Of a stretch of 64,000 nucleotides of DNA, positions 12,986 to 27,200 are shown one piece after another; the first letter of the stretch is position 1, and each line of letters opens with the position of its first letter. The notes under the pieces are model-generated. The model did no database searches. It was not told where the DNA came from and saw only the letters and a program-made list of their open reading frames with translations. This DNA is from Trichoplax adhaerens (lineage: Eukaryota > Animalia > Placozoa). The DNA lies in contig NW_002060946.1 of assembly GCF_000150275.1 (NCBI RefSeq), positions 7,359,855-7,423,854 on the forward strand, written 5' to 3'. The translations under genes and the position numbers were made by a program.

Positions 12986-15344
12986 TTAGACATCATGATG
13001 AACATGCAAACGGGCTCCATGATGATCTTTGTTATTATTATTAGCTTCCTCAAAATACATGAAATCCTATTAAAAACGAAAATAGTTAACGTTAAAATAT
13101 TATTACTCTGGCTTGTTTACAAATTTTATTTATTTAGTTACTAATTATCAAAATGCATGCTATCGTTGCTTACAGATACGAAATTTTCTGCCATTGTGAA
13201 TAAACTACACTATGATGACTCAATTACAATACTTACGATTAAGAATACGGCTCCTAGAAGCGTTGCTTTAACTTTAACATCGAGATCCATAGGAACTGAA
13301 TGGGTGTAATATTTAATAAGAAATGTTTAAATATATCAGCTTCATTCTGATCAATAATGATACTAAAAGCACATCTTAGCTTACATGTTATTCCGAAGTT
13401 ATCTGCATCAGTAAATGCCTCTTTCAAAAGGCCTGACCACTGCTTTGTAATTTTTCCTACTTTTGTTGCTCCATCTTTACTCTTAACCTGCACAATGTGA
13501 TAGCAATGGTGTAAGGAATAGATCGTTAAGTTAATTTATATATCTGGGCTGGTAACTTATTTATTTTTTTTTCTTAACTCTATGGTCTCAACTCATGCCT
13601 TTTGATTAAGTAGTTATCTTATGAGACGGATGTAAATTATTTTCAGATATGTTAGGTACTATTAATCGAAATCACTGTATTCATGCTATTGATTAAGCTA
13701 TCATACAACTTAGCGTACACTACCTCAAATTCAACATCTCCCATACATGAACATGGACAACAAGGACCTTCAATCGTTAAGACAGTGTTTCCTGCAGCAT
13801 CGGTAATGTCGAATGCGGGTGTGAAAAGTGACCACCTGATAAATAATAATTATAATAGTTGTTTTTATTATGTAGGTTGTATTACCACCAGCTATAAATT
13901 CTGATACCTAATGGTCAAATTGTACGGTATTATCGCAGATATGTGCTATATACGTCTATCCTTTACAATGCATGATACTGAATGAAAACTTAGAAAACAG
14001 ATCAGATCGCTATAGACTGATCCCAGTAATGACGAATACTATGCTTAAATTGCTTTTGAACAGAAAAAAATTATTTTAAAGTTTTGCCGGAATTTTGAAT
14101 GAATGAAATACTAACGATTGTTTAACGAAGCCAACGGTATTTCCTGGTGGTGATTCCACCGTTAATTCTTGTAAGAAACATGGGCAGCAACAGCTAGAAC
14201 ATCTGTACGGTCTACTTAAATGAATTACTTCCCTTTGAGAGTTGTCCAATATTCTTAATTCAAATGGGCGAGCAGGACCACAACATTGTAGTGTACAACA
14301 GTCATTATCTAAGGAACAATTATAATCATATAGATATTGTTACTGCTTCCATATCAAGTGAAGAGTTATCTCTTGAGGTCTTAAAGGCGTAGAAAAAGTT
14401 AGATTGGTGATAATTTCGGATTTATACCACAAATTTAATGCTAACGAAGGCATACCTTCAGCAGCAAAGTAAACTTGTTGTCCCAATGTATTTTTGACAG
14501 CGTACTTGTTTGCGGTTTCGATATTTGTAAAAACTATCATGAATGAAAGTAATGAGGTTTATGAGATTAAAGGGAAGATATTAGAAAATTTTGCGCTATC
14601 ATAGCTTCGGTTTCAAACTAATAAGTTTAATAATCTTTTACAATAAACTAACATTTTCCATAGCAGATTACTGATTTGGAATTAATTTAAAATTTTTTCA
14701 TCCATGATCTAATACATTATGCAAAAATAACACGATATTTCTTATTCATTAATTTTAAAAACGTTTACAATAATTTAGCTTTCTTAGTAATGTGGTCTTT
14801 TAGTAACTACATAAACGCATTTTATCGTCGTGTATAATATGCGAGTGTATATGTACGTCTTTAATTAAATTTTAAATCAAACTCAATTAAATGAAGATGA
14901 TGAGAATTTATAACGTTTAGTGTCTTGTTTTGTTAAGATATTAGTTAGATATGACCTACGTTCTAAAATTTCAACTTGTTGATGAATGAGCAACTGATCA
15001 ATTTGGGTTAGATATTCTAACCCAGGAGGACAACCCGGTGGTCCTTGCGGTGGAGGCATCCACTGAACTGACTGTCGTCCTCTTGGCCGTTGCTGTAATG
15101 ATGGCCCTCCATAACCTGGCTGTTGGGCTACACCGCCTGGTGGTAGACCATAACCTGGTTGAACTGGAGGATAACCCGCTTGTTGAATTTGTTGCTGTGG
15201 TGATGCCGGATAAGTATTTTGTGGCGCATAGCCTGGTTTTGGGACTTGTCCGTAGCCGGGCTGTTGAGATCCATAACCTGGTTGAGTGGCGTAACCAGTT
15301 TGAGGAGCATACCCAGGTTGAGATTGTGGATAAACTTGGGCCAT
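12986..15344 (-). CDS. PLSCR: Phospholipid scramblase (PLSCR family), 7 coding exons: 15344-14960, 14533-14456, 14308-14116, 13835-13724, 13487-13385, 13295-13237, 13066-12986; 336 aa
   Basis: Pro/Gln/Gly/Tyr-rich N-terminus (QPGY repeats), [118 protein letters not shown]. All introns are GT-AG and the exons sum to 1011 nt in frame. Confidence 0.95.
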
Positions 15345-15626
15345 AACAATCAATGAAGATCAAAAATTGTCCTAATAAATCGAAATAGTCTTTCAATGAC
15401 GGTAATTATCAGTCTACTATAATTTTAATTTAAATTTCTCTGCCTTACAACTGGAACTAGTATGTGATAATTTTCGGTTCTAATAACAAGTTGCAATAGT
15501 ATCAAGGACAGATGGATCATTAAAGAGTTACTCAATGACTGTCTATTACAATTATTGTACTGTAAATGCATAAATACTGTACTTTAAATCAATAAATTAT
15601 GTTGCTAACAACACTATCCATGCTTG

Positions 15627-15748
15627 TGACGTCATTCTGATTGTGAATTATAAAGGTTCGGAGAGAAATCAAATTATTCAATGAATACTGTAGGGCCCTT
15701 CGAATACACATTCTTTCTGCGGGTCCGCTAATCGATTGCCATAGCAAC
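15627..15748. promoter_or_regulatory. Candidate scramblase promoter elements: palindromic CRE (TGACGTCA, 15627-15634) and RFX X-box-like ATTGCCATAGCAAC (15735-15748)
   Basis: Motif matches about 280-400 bp upstream of the PLSCR ATG; function not shown. Confidence 0.35.
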
Positions 15749-17233
15749 AGGGTTTAGGACATGCTGATGCCTATATATAGGATTATCGTTTATCAAATCA
15801 GTGTTGCAGCTATGCTACATCATTTGCATAATATCACAGAATTGATAGCGCTAAACTTGCAATAAATGGATGATATCATAGTATTACTTAAGTGTTGTTT
15901 TACTATAATTCTACAGTGTAATGCTATATTGGACGAAAAAACTAAGTTAAATTAAACTATCAACAATTGAAGTCCAGAAAAAACTAAATTAGGGGGAAAC
16001 ACCAGTTTATTATTACCTCAATAATAATCTTAGCGAAATTTCTAAAATGAGTAACAAAATACGGGCAAATCTACTTCCTTAACCAAACAAATTATCAATT
16101 AATGATAGGATTCACGGTTATTCTAGAATTTTCTTGTCTTCTCTGTCTTCAACTGCACTAAACTATCGAACTGCGCCACCTTTTATATGCTACGCAGAGT
16201 ACTTGATGCTGTTAGACTATCCAAGAATAATTCTAAAGTACTCCAAATAAAGCCAGAAATCAAACACACACATTAAAGATAAATTCTACCCTAGATTACG
16301 GAAATTACTAAATTATTATAATCGTAGTTTAGCTTAATATTGTAGATTTCTACAGTATCTACTAAGAAAAAATAACAGTCTTAAATTGAAACCCAGATCG
16401 AATATTCGGGTTCATTTTGCATGAAATCATAAGATGACATTAACTTCTACCATGATTAATAATCAAAATTAGCCACATATATATTCTATTACAACGTTAG
16501 AATTACAATCTCACAATATCCCATTTTTAACGAAAAAGTTATGCTACTAATTATCTTGAATTCTAGCCTAAATAAAGCAGTCGGATTTACATTATAATAT
16601 TCTAAGATACTTAGTAAAATATGCTGTTATAATCAATCAAATAAGTCATATTTTTAAAGCTAGAATACTTATCACGATACAAAAACCAAACTAGAATAAG
16701 TACAATATAAAAACTTGAAGTAGAATTCTAAAAATTAACATTCATTATATAATACTTTATGCGAACCTGGAAGAAATAATATACGATGTTATTAAATTCA
16801 TATCTGATCAGTATTTTCGATCCTTATTTTAACTTTTTTGCCCCATATATATCTTTACGTATCATGCTCATGATTGATACATGATGAGATTTGTAATTAA
16901 TCTTCATAGCATATCTAATTTTCGATTTCAAAGTTATTTTAACCAAGTTAGTTTTATATTATAGCATGCATATTAATTTTTTTATCCCATTCATGTGTAA
17001 ATTCTACAGATAATTGCACTGATGAAGTTCCACAATAATTTCTGTACTAATTATTACTTGCATACATGGTAGAAATGTGTTACATTATGTTACATCTTAG
17101 ATGTGCCAATGTAATAAGGATGCTAATTATTTTACATTACTAAATACGCGATCGCTAATAAAATACTCTGCTATAATGTTAACGTAGATTTCTGACTTCG
17201 ATCACTTGTGTTATAAATGTCTAGCTTTACGGA

Positions 17234-17640
17234 TTATTTAAAGAGTACTATTACGATATTTCGAAAGGTTTTGTTGTAACTAACGAACAAGAATGGATTT
17301 TGCACCAATTTAATAAGTGATAAAAGAGAAAAGAAAGTTATCCAAGCTTTTAGTGCATTGCTGTTTGCTACTGCCATAACTATATTATATGGAAGGTTCC
17401 GATCAGAATAACGCTACAGTATAATGGTATGGTAACAGTCATAAATACCAAGGTTGCGGTAAATATCATTTTAGAAGCTTTAATCTGGTGATGATTGTTC
17501 ATCGTTCTTATGCTATTCTTTCCAGTCATGAGCATATTGTTGATTTTTTTAATTATATGAAAATATGAAATTGAAGCTATTAGCAATGATAGTGGAAAGG
17601 CTGTTATGATATTAAAAATATGAGCAACTTTGCGAAATTT
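17234..17640 (-). pseudogene. GPCR relic (TM5-TM7 only, interrupted)
   Basis: AHIFNIITAFPLSLLI...HHQIKASKMIFTATLVFM, then after an interruption LVQNPFLFVSYNKTFRNIVIVLFK*. Homologous to the intact GPCRs; no TM1-4 found upstream. Confidence 0.85.
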
Positions 17641-18149
17641 TTTATATACTCTGTACATTAAATCACGCTAATAGGGTGAACTCAGTAAATTCTTTTAATC
17701 AAGTCCATATTGATGAGCGACTTTTGGAAATTGATTATTTTCTTAGGTCAAATATCATAAATTTATTTTATTGTATTTTAGTTATTATGTGAACCGCTTG
17801 TATTCAAGCGAGAGTATTCAAGCTAGAATACAAGCCAGTTAACTACTTCAGTATTTATTATTTTCATAACTCAAATTAGCAATAGCGCCTGAAAAACATC
17901 TGAGCCATAAATGGATAATTACGTTCTATTAAACAACTAACTCTCTGAGAAAGCTAATTTACTAAATGGCAATTATCCGGTAATTGATCCATATATTGTA
18001 CCTATTTTGCTACATTAATGATTAATTAGTTCGATATGGAAGTACAGGTTATAGAAAGTTGAACGAGTACAATGATAATTTATTAATTATTCCGTGTATG
18101 AAGTACTAAAATCTATATGTGGAGTTTTACTCAAGTGGTATGATCAATT

Positions 18150-18520
18150 CGGGGTATTCCAGCTAATGCTTTTCAGCATTACTTGACGAATACTACTATA
18201 GTAAATTATGAACAAGACAGGATTCTACACAGAAGTATTAGCTTCCAATACTGACAAGAAAGTAAAAGCAATGCATTATGTCAGGTTATTATTTAGCAGT
18301 AGTAAATCGGGTTTAGAAATATTAGATGAAATAATGAAAATCCAAGACAAAAAAATTTGCTATGATGAAACTGTAAAGGTCATAGTTACAATTTTAATCA
18401 TTTTAATTGCAATAACTTGGTGAATAATGGTACGAGAATTGCCAATATCAGATTTTGGGAGAGGTGATGATCTGATTTTCCTTTTGATTTCAAAAGCATG
18501 ATGACATAACTGTAAGTAGA
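18150..18520 (-). pseudogene. GPCR relic (ICL3, TM6, TM7 with stops and frameshift)
   Basis: The minus strand reads KRKIRSSPLPKSDIGNSRTIIHQVIAIKMIKIVTMTF and TFLSVLEANTSV*NPVLFIIYYSSIRQVMLKSI, matching RRIQATKMMMIATISF and QNPILFYCYNKTFRQAVLSI of the intact paralog. Not in the ORF track. Confidence 0.75.
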
Positions 18521-19762
18521 GGATTAGATATTATCTTGCCAGGGATTTGTATTATGGGTCATACGAAGCTATTGTATGCATTGAATGATTTAATATCGCA
18601 TATATAAGGGTATTTTAGATTATTTGAGCTGTATCAGTGATAGATATATTAAGACAAACTCCAGTTAGTCTAATAGTCGTGATAGTGATAGCTTACATTT
18701 GTGTTTGCTAAAACGGATTCTATTCTCGCCGAATGATTTATTGCGAGATAGCACTTTATACTTTGAGCAGTAAACGAACGGAGAACATTGGTTAAGATAC
18801 TGTAATAGTAAAAAAGCTAACCTGGCAAGTAAACTTCAATGCAGATGGATTAAGCGAAAAATAATCTAACGACGATTCTGCATCGATTAATAAAATTGCA
18901 GAAAACAACAACATAATACCTAATACGGTCATATTTGTGAATATTATGTATGACAAGGTATTAAAATGGAAATGAAAGCTTAACTTGAACTGTTTCTTAA
19001 ATTTTTCAGGAGTAGTATGTTTAAATTATTTTCTTACTTAAAAGCTCTTGCTAAGTAAAACATTAAATTCATTTAAACTTGCATTAATGCAATTATACGT
19101 GATGGTGATTTTAATGGCCTCTAATAAATTTTGAGAATTATCTGAGATATTTTTATTTATGTGTTATTAACTAGAATTTCAAAAAATACGCTTAATTTCC
19201 GATGCCACTATTTTAACTATCTTCTCGCCGATTGGTGAGATTCTCCTACGGATATCTTGTTTAAAGTATGGTAGCCTGATACAAATGAACTTTAAGATTT
19301 TATTTTAAATCAATAAATTATAGCGTCCTTATCAGGAATAAATGATTTATTCTTCAATTTTCCAACTGGTAATAGGTATAAGGTGTTATATGACTTCCTT
19401 TATGATTTAATATTTGATTGAATTAAGATATCATAACCTGGATTGCTAAACCAATATCATATCTACAACATGGAAGAAATAATTATGAAAACATTTAGTC
19501 GACCTTATTAAGTCATGCTTTCAATCTGATAGGTCTTAAAAGTACAACTATATTCTCGCAGCTGAAACTAAGTCGATTTAATTCATTCTTTAAAGATCTA
19601 AATCATTGCTAATACGTCCTATTGATAATGAAAAATTAGGTCTATATTTTATTAACATAGGGAAACAAATAGAAATATGATTATTAATAGGTTTTAAGCA
19701 ACAGCACAGGTACGTGTATTTAAAATTTTGTTATGTGTTGGTTTGGAAATATTTAGATCTTA

Positions 19763-20773
19763 TTATATTTTCCGACAACATCGTATCGACAATACAGCTT
19801 GACGGAATGTTTTATTATAACAGTAAAATAAGATTGGGTTTTGAATCGTTTCTGAAGCAGTCAGTAAAGAAGTAATAGTAAGAGCAGATAGTATGCCGGT
19901 TGGGCTCTGGAATAAGGTGGCAACGGCAAACGGATCTAATGAACCTAAGACAATGGATACTGTATATAAAATCGAAGTATTAATCATGAAAGAGATTGTT
20001 GCAATCATCATCATCTTGGTAGCTTGAATTCGACGACGATTACTGCTCCCAATACCATTGCTGCAATGATTGAGTGGAACTGGTAGAGATTTAAGTTTTT
20101 GAGTTATACGATAATAAAGCACGCAGATTGTTGTAAGCGGTATAGGGAATGTTATAATGATATTGAAAATATGTGCCAGTAGTAGTGCCAAATTAGTATC
20201 CCGAAAGTTTTCAAGAGAACAAATATTATTACTATTTTGAATTGGCTTAACCATTAAAACGACTGGAATCGAGGTAGATATACCGATTAACCATATAGAA
20301 ATTATTACTGTATAAAGAATGAAAGGTTTGATTAATAGTGATTTAGAATTGGGCTGGAGGTTAATAGTGAAGTATCGATCGATACTAATGGTCATGAATG
20401 AAAGGGCAGAAACGGTATAAGAAGAAACGAAACTTAAACTATTACATTGGCAAATTACGAAGTAACTCAGGCTATCAATAGGTGATCCTGTATTCTGGAT
20501 AATAGAAAGGATAGTAAATAAACCGGATGATATCATTAACATCATATCTGATATTGCCATACTGACAGATAAAATATAAGAGGGAGTGTGAAATTTTTTG
20601 TTGACATAAATAGTATAGATGAGAGTTATATTAGCAATAAGCCCGAATAGATATAAAAGTAAAACTGCTCCATAAGCGTAAAGAGAAGGGTATATGCCTT
20701 CCATTCGGATGCTCTTGTTTGATTGGTTATGGAAGATTCTAATTGAGTTGAAGTTTTGTATTTCTTTGAACAT
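19763..20773 (-). CDS. Intronless rhodopsin-type (class A) GPCR, 336 aa
   Basis: Seven hydrophobic segments; TM1 GLIAN, KKFHTPSYILSVSMAISD, TM3 Cys and SIDRY, TM4 W..P, ECL2 Cys, TM7 QNPILF, helix 8 NKTFRQAV. Confidence 0.92.
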   Translation of the reverse strand: MFKEIQNFNSIRIFHNQSNKSIRMEGIYPSLYAYGAVLLLYLFGLIANITLIYTIYVNKKFHTPSYILSVSMAISDMMLMISSGLFTILSIIQNTGSPIDSLSYFVICQCNSLSFVSSYTVSALSFMTISIDRYFTINLQPNSKSLLIKPFILYTVIISIWLIGISTSIPVVLMVKPIQNSNNICSLENFRDTNLALLLAHIFNIIITFPIPLTTICVLYYRITQKLKSLPVPLNHCSNGIGSSNRRRIQATKMMMIATISFMINTSILYTVSIVLGSLDPFAVATLFQSPTGILSALTITSLLTASETIQNPILFYCYNKTFRQAVLSIRCCRKI

Positions 20774-23339
20774 GATGTAATCGTAAATCTTCTAGATACG
20801 TATTCTAAGAATTAATCCTGAAAATGCATGGAAAAATTTCCTCGCTAGAAGTTCTCGCCAGGCCTAACCTTTTATATCGTTTCTATTTTTAAGTGTATTA
20901 GTATTACTATTTCCTGTAAGTTCCTTTACAGATGTAAATAAGAAAAGTAAAGATTTAGGCTATACCTTTCTATTAATATATTTTTTAATGCTTTGTATCC
21001 CGTATTCAAATATATTTAATAGCATAGGAACTAATTATTTACGGTTTGTAGTGGTTTTAATAAATTTTTAATACTAGTCATTAGATAATATATTTTGCGT
21101 CTGAAGTTGGCTTGAGTTATTCTAAGGCCTATTTATAGAAGTAAAACAGCCAGGCTTGTTAAGATGTAAATTGGTCCTTCTTTTACATAAGATTATTCAT
21201 CATTGTAATTCAAACATTTTATTAATAATCTTCAGTGGCTGCTGAACTTTTTTCGGCCACATCAATTTTAAATTTGAAACTATCGCTTTATTGCGCATTA
21301 TTAAGTGCCGGTACCGGTAAATGCTTTAAAGTCTATTGTATTTAATTATATTATTAGTAATTTGCTGGCTGGTAGCGATAATTGGTATCGGATAGGTTTC
21401 GGAAGGGACTAATTATTATCAAAAATTAAAATAGTACATCATTCAATATCCTACAAAAATTTCTATTTAACAAATTATCATATTCTGTGTGTGGTATTCT
21501 TCCAATACTATAATTTTATAGTAGATAAATATAAATCAATTAAAATCTAAATTGAAATAAACTTTTTAATAGTGAAAGTATCGAACTAAGATTATTTCTT
21601 AAACTGAATGGAAGTAAAAAAGCAATTCGTTTGACTTCTGTTTAATTGCATCATTACTTTCGAGAAAATCATGATGGTAGCTGTTGATTCTACTTAGTAA
21701 AGTTTAATTTTAGTATAGGTACACAATACTATTGAGTATATATTTGTTCAATTGCAATGTATAACTCTGTTACTTTGCTTTACTGTCATCAATTCTAGAA
21801 CAATGTTATGTAACTAAAATTATTTATAAATGAATACAGGTATAACTCTTATGGAAACTCATCCTCTCTTATTTCATAAGCAGTATTCAAATTGAAATTA
21901 GGAGCATTTTTATTTGTTTATTAGTTTCTTATGGCTTTGTAATGACACGCAATAAGGTCAAAAAGCCATATAAAGAAGCAACTATGAGTATAATAATTAC
22001 TGCTTTGATGTGCACATATGACCATATTAAAGACTACATTTGAAACATAGTAAGCCTGGACGATAAGTTACTGTAAAGTAAATTTTGGTATTAATTTAGT
22101 TACAGATATATGAAATTTTGAGAAAAAATTCGTGGTATAAATTATTCGTCTTGATTCGCAGAGTAGAACTAAAATGTTTACCTGCAATGACGATGATTGT
22201 CGCGACTGCTAGACTAGCATCGCTAGATAATATTATTCTTAAGTATTAATATCTACAGCTATTCATAATTTGGGACAACTATCTCGTAACGTTGCTCCGG
22301 TATTTGATAGATTTATATTGTATGGTACAGACGTGTTATCAGCTAACTACGTTACACTGCAGAAGGGCATCTCAAGAATGTTATCACAATGTTAGATAAG
22401 ATACACGTACTCATACCAATGGTAGAGTATATAAGGAGGAGGAAAAATTAAATAAAGGATTATTATTTTTGACCACCTTAAGAAGCATTAAAGATTATCT
22501 GTTGGAGGCTCAGCGAGATTCAGCACGCTTCAATAAGAATTTCAGGCTGAGTCACAACAATGATACCGCGTAGATGTCAATTCAATCCAGAAGGCATAAA
22601 CTATGATAGGGTTGTAGAATTTTCGTCTCCTTACATTGTTATCTATTGCAAACTGTAAGTTAGATCTCGATCAATAAATTTTAAATAAAGAGCGCCGGTA
22701 ACTTAGCATCTTTGAATTTTTACTTGAGTTACGTCAATCGGATAATTAATATAATTTGATATATGACTGCTATTATCTGGTATTATATATGATATAATTT
22801 ATTTATGGTGATCAGAAGCATTATTTATTTCAGTGTGTAGATTATTGTGGCAATAAATTGGGAGACAGTACGTACTTGATCCCTTGAAAATAAAAGCGAT
22901 GCTCTATTACAAGTAAACGCTTCGAGGATCACACTATTATGAATTTAAATTTAATTCGGTGGTCTAATTTTTAGAAGTAAGTTCAATCTGAGCTAATATC
23001 AAACAAATTCTTATAAAATATCTCTTTGGAAATACTAAACTTTTCATTTCTTTGTCATCGCTTTTGTAATTATATTACAAGTATACGATATAATTCAATC
23101 ACAGAATAGTACAACTAGTAAACTTGATTAATTTTATTAAATTTGAACTTATTTATAAATTTCATTAATCTGATTTAAGTTTATCAATCGAAGTTATAAC
23201 GTATTTAGAAGCATACTATGAACGCATAAATGTTATAATACTCGCAAACATTTAGAAGGATATTTTCTGTTCTATTCTAGCCTAATAATTGATTTATTTC
23301 ATTATGCTGACTGATATCGTAATTGGTGCTTTCTTTCTA

Positions 23340-24250
23340 AAATTATGTAAAATTCCGTGGTGTAAGCTTTTATGAAATATTATAAACAGTATAAGATTTT
23401 ACTTAGACTGTATTGAACTTAAAAGTAATATAATTGAAAAGATGACGAAAATGCTATGACTTTGAGGTAATAATATTAGCTGAATCAGTGATATTCTTGA
23501 AGATACCCTAACGATTCAGGCGAAAAATATTGGTGTAGATACCACTACATAAGCAACTGTCGCAATTATAATTGTTTTAATCAAATACATTTGACTCTTC
23601 TGATGCTGCGACTGATACTATTTTGTGAGGTTATATTTATCTTTTTGATAACCATATAATACTTGGAAAATACAATAAATAAAATTATTGAATAGCTCAT
23701 CATAAACATAAATATGTGCATGAAAAATACAGCATAATTAACATTGTCATTATATAGTCGCAAATCGCAAAAGAGAGGAAATTTTGTATTTGTATTTGTG
23801 AATCATATAAATCATGTAGATATTTAAGGATCTACAAGCCAATCTAATTACTATTATAGTTATCATCAAGGCCAATTATTGATTAAAAATAGATTTAGTT
23901 CCAGGAGCGCCAACTATGGTGAAATATCGTTCTATAATGATTGCCACGAAAGATGAGGAAGAGATTGTAAGTGCTGGTGATACCATATACAAATTTAGCT
24001 AGCACATACGTCTGAACAATGCTTCATTAAATGATGAGATTTTCAGCGATGATTTAATACTCAAGGGTACTACTCTCGGAATCTGGAATGCTATATTAAT
24101 ACCTGCCATATTTGCATCCGGAATACGTGTCATAATTCGCCATTCAGTGCTTTGATTTTCACTTTTACTTATATCGCCTGCGAAAATTGAGACTATTATT
24201 GCAGCGAAGCTTGTAGCTGATTTAAATGCTAGCGATCTGAATATGTAAAA
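23340..24250 (-). pseudogene. GPCR relic, heavily decayed
   Basis: Fragments LKISSFNEALFRRMC*LNLYMVSPALTISSSSFVAIIIERYFTIVGAPGTKSIF (TM3/ERY), YAVFFMHIFMFMMSYSIILFIVFSKYYMVIKKI (TM5) and NLILFIIFHKSLHHGIL (TM7/H8), with stops, frameshifts and deletions. Confidence 0.8.
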
Positions 24251-27200
24251 CATCTGACATGATATCTTATTAATTCAGTAAAAAATGACAGGACTATCTC
24301 CTTTCAATCATCTACCTAAGATTTAGATATAACGTAGTTAAAAGCTTATTTTTAGTAATACTATCACATCTCATCAATGTATTGTAAGAATAAGCTAAAA
24401 TTACCAACGCATGATTGATTTATAATATAATCATCACTTCTAATGACAGTATGACAAAAAATTCTTCATTATACCAAACTATAAAGTAATATCGATTAGC
24501 ATCTCAAGGTCTTAATATTTTCGTTGCTATTAAAAGCTACAAAACCATAGCGTAAGCATCGCAAATAAAAGAATTTATGAAAATCTTACAATCGAAGGTT
24601 CTCTTGAACTGTTAATATACAAACTTATAATTTTTAATTTTAATCTAAATGTTTATGCCGTATTAAATTATTTTAATAAAAATTTTAAATCTTCAATCAA
24701 AATATGAGGGCGTTGTCCTCCGTTGCTTGATAATACTCGCCACGTTATCAATATTTAATTTTACCTAAAACTAAAGTTAAAGTTATTAAGTAATACCAAG
24801 GTTTACTTTATTTCAAGCGTTTGGTGCCTCGGTTGTAATTTGGTATTAACTACTGTATATGCAGTATACTTTAACTTAGTTCTGTTACGAATACGTACGG
24901 ATATCATCCTGCTGTGCAACATAAGATAGGATAACCGTATTGGTACTTGTTATCATAAGAGAACTATATCCAGTAAGGTGATCTGGTTTATCTGTATTCA
25001 ACCAATAGCCGAAAGACTACATATCTATAACTGTGCTTATTATGCAAAGAAGCTCTCCAAGGTTTCTAGTGATGAGAGACTCTCTATGTAGCGAAGTTCG
25101 CGAGATTTCGATTGTGGAGTGCATTAGTGGTATATAACCTCATACATTGCTAAAAGTAGTTCTAATTCTATTTGGATAGAAGTTAATAAACGTAACTTGT
25201 GAAGATTACACAAGTATTACTTCATCCCTGAGTCTTTACCGGAGTACCTCGACGTCAAGTCACATTTACATAGATATACATCAAGGGCTACAATTATAAC
25301 AGCCTGTTATATTTAATAATGAGTTTACAGAATTACCTGTTATGAGCTTACTGAACAGTACTGTACACTCATAAAGTATAGTATTAGTAATACTCGTACA
25401 GTCTATATAACATAGTATTATTTCATTTCGCAAGTTAAAGTTAGACTTGTTTGTTTGCACTATGTTGCACCGATATATGATATACGATTATGCATATCGT
25501 ACAATACTGTATATCGATAGTATTACAGGATTATGAACCATGTATAAAGGGGAGATCTTGGTTAGGACTCTAGATTATGAGTTTAGTCTAGTAAGACCCC
25601 AGAGTTTGCGAAAGTGCACAGTTATAATTGTTCACTCGAAGTATAGAAACGGTATATAAAGGTAGGTACGGAAATTTAAATATGTTAAATGTCTAAATTA
25701 ATTGCGAGAAGAAAAGACAGAGTAACGTATCTGCATAAATTCCCTAGTAAACTGTCTTCTAATAATATCGCTAAATTTTTAACATAATCAGAAGCAAAAC
25801 TAGAATTTAAGCTATTTAGATTGTATTAAAAAAGAATTATATTAGTTGAAATAAATACATGTTGAATTAAAAAGAGTAATTTTGTTCAAAATGAAATGTC
25901 GTGCGCATTACGATCCAGCTAATTTAATCATAAATAAATACACAATATTATGGTTGTATTTTAAAGTGCATCAAAGTGCAAAATGAACTGTAATTTTCCA
26001 GTAAGTTTCACTGTATTAAATAAGTTGGAATATCTACTAGGCTGCTGTAAGACAGTGTAATACTGTATTCTAAGTTGATGATATATTTAGTAATATCTAC
26101 TGTAGTTATTGTGTTCAACGTGTGATAGATATTCTATTAGTTGCTTAAGTATTAAATATAGCTAGCTTAGTAACTGAATTTTGAAGAAGAGTGCTACAGT
26201 GCTCACACTAGAACTTCACATCTAAGGTATAAACTATCATGTATTTGAGATGTTAATACTGAAGTGTGTAGTAAGTAAGGTACTAAGATTGTTAACGCGG
26301 AAAAGTATATAAGCGAGTAGTTTAGTATGGTAACATAGTTATTTCTCGTTAGAGGTCCTCAGCTGATCGATTACGTAGTACTATTGTAAACGAGATTTTG
26401 TTCAATAAGTCTTAATTTTCGAAAGTCTTGAAGATTCTTGATTGATCAACCTTACAGCTGCAAAGAACTGTCTATCTTTAGCCTAATGTCAAATTTATTA
26501 GAGCAAAATCTGCAACTCAAGCAGTAAATGCTACAAATTGATTTAGATGTATTATTATTCCAATCAGGCCGCACTGTCATATCTAAATTTACTATTGTAC
26601 TAACTATTAATAACTAACGCTTTCATTTGAAGTATTACAATCATTTTTTCGCAATATTGAGTAACTTAATGTAATCTATTAATATATCAAGTTTTATTAA
26701 GAATGCCGCATGTACATCGTTATAGAAATACTACTATACTTATTATACTCATCGGTCCCGTCTATGAATAGAAACTTGTACAATCTGATAATATAACATA
26801 TTATTTTAACGATTTTTACTAAGCAAGTCAATATCATAGTCTTTATAGCGATATTCCCACTTAAGTTAATACTGTAGCTGATTTTGACGTGCAGTCAGTA
26901 TCGTTATTTTTAGTATTTTAATAACACGATAAGAATAGATTACTATTAAAATAGCATTAAATTTCTACTATCTTCAAAATATGTTAGCACAAAATAGCTG
27001 GAGCATTTTATTTATCATATAAAGCTCAAGAACTAAGATCCTAAAAAAGTTATGGTCTGTTTTTAGAGATGTTGATGCTCACAGTATTCAGTGTTACAAG
27101 TATAGGAAATGTCATGATTTATCGTTCTTGCAAGGAATTCAAAAGCTATCATAATTCAACAATACAACTTTATTTGAAAAATAAAAACTTTTAAACGATA

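Noticed and set aside
14998-15396. Overlapping alternative ORFs on scramblase exon 1
   Set aside because: By-products of the GC-richer repetitive QPGY coding sequence.
18208-18423. Plus-strand 71-aa ORF
   Set aside because: Antisense to a GPCR relic.
22300-26450. LTR-like patches (TATA followed by AATAAA near 22430, 25130 and 25650; TGTTA starts at 24883 and 25305)
   Set aside because: Could not define matching termini with a target-site duplication or an empty site.
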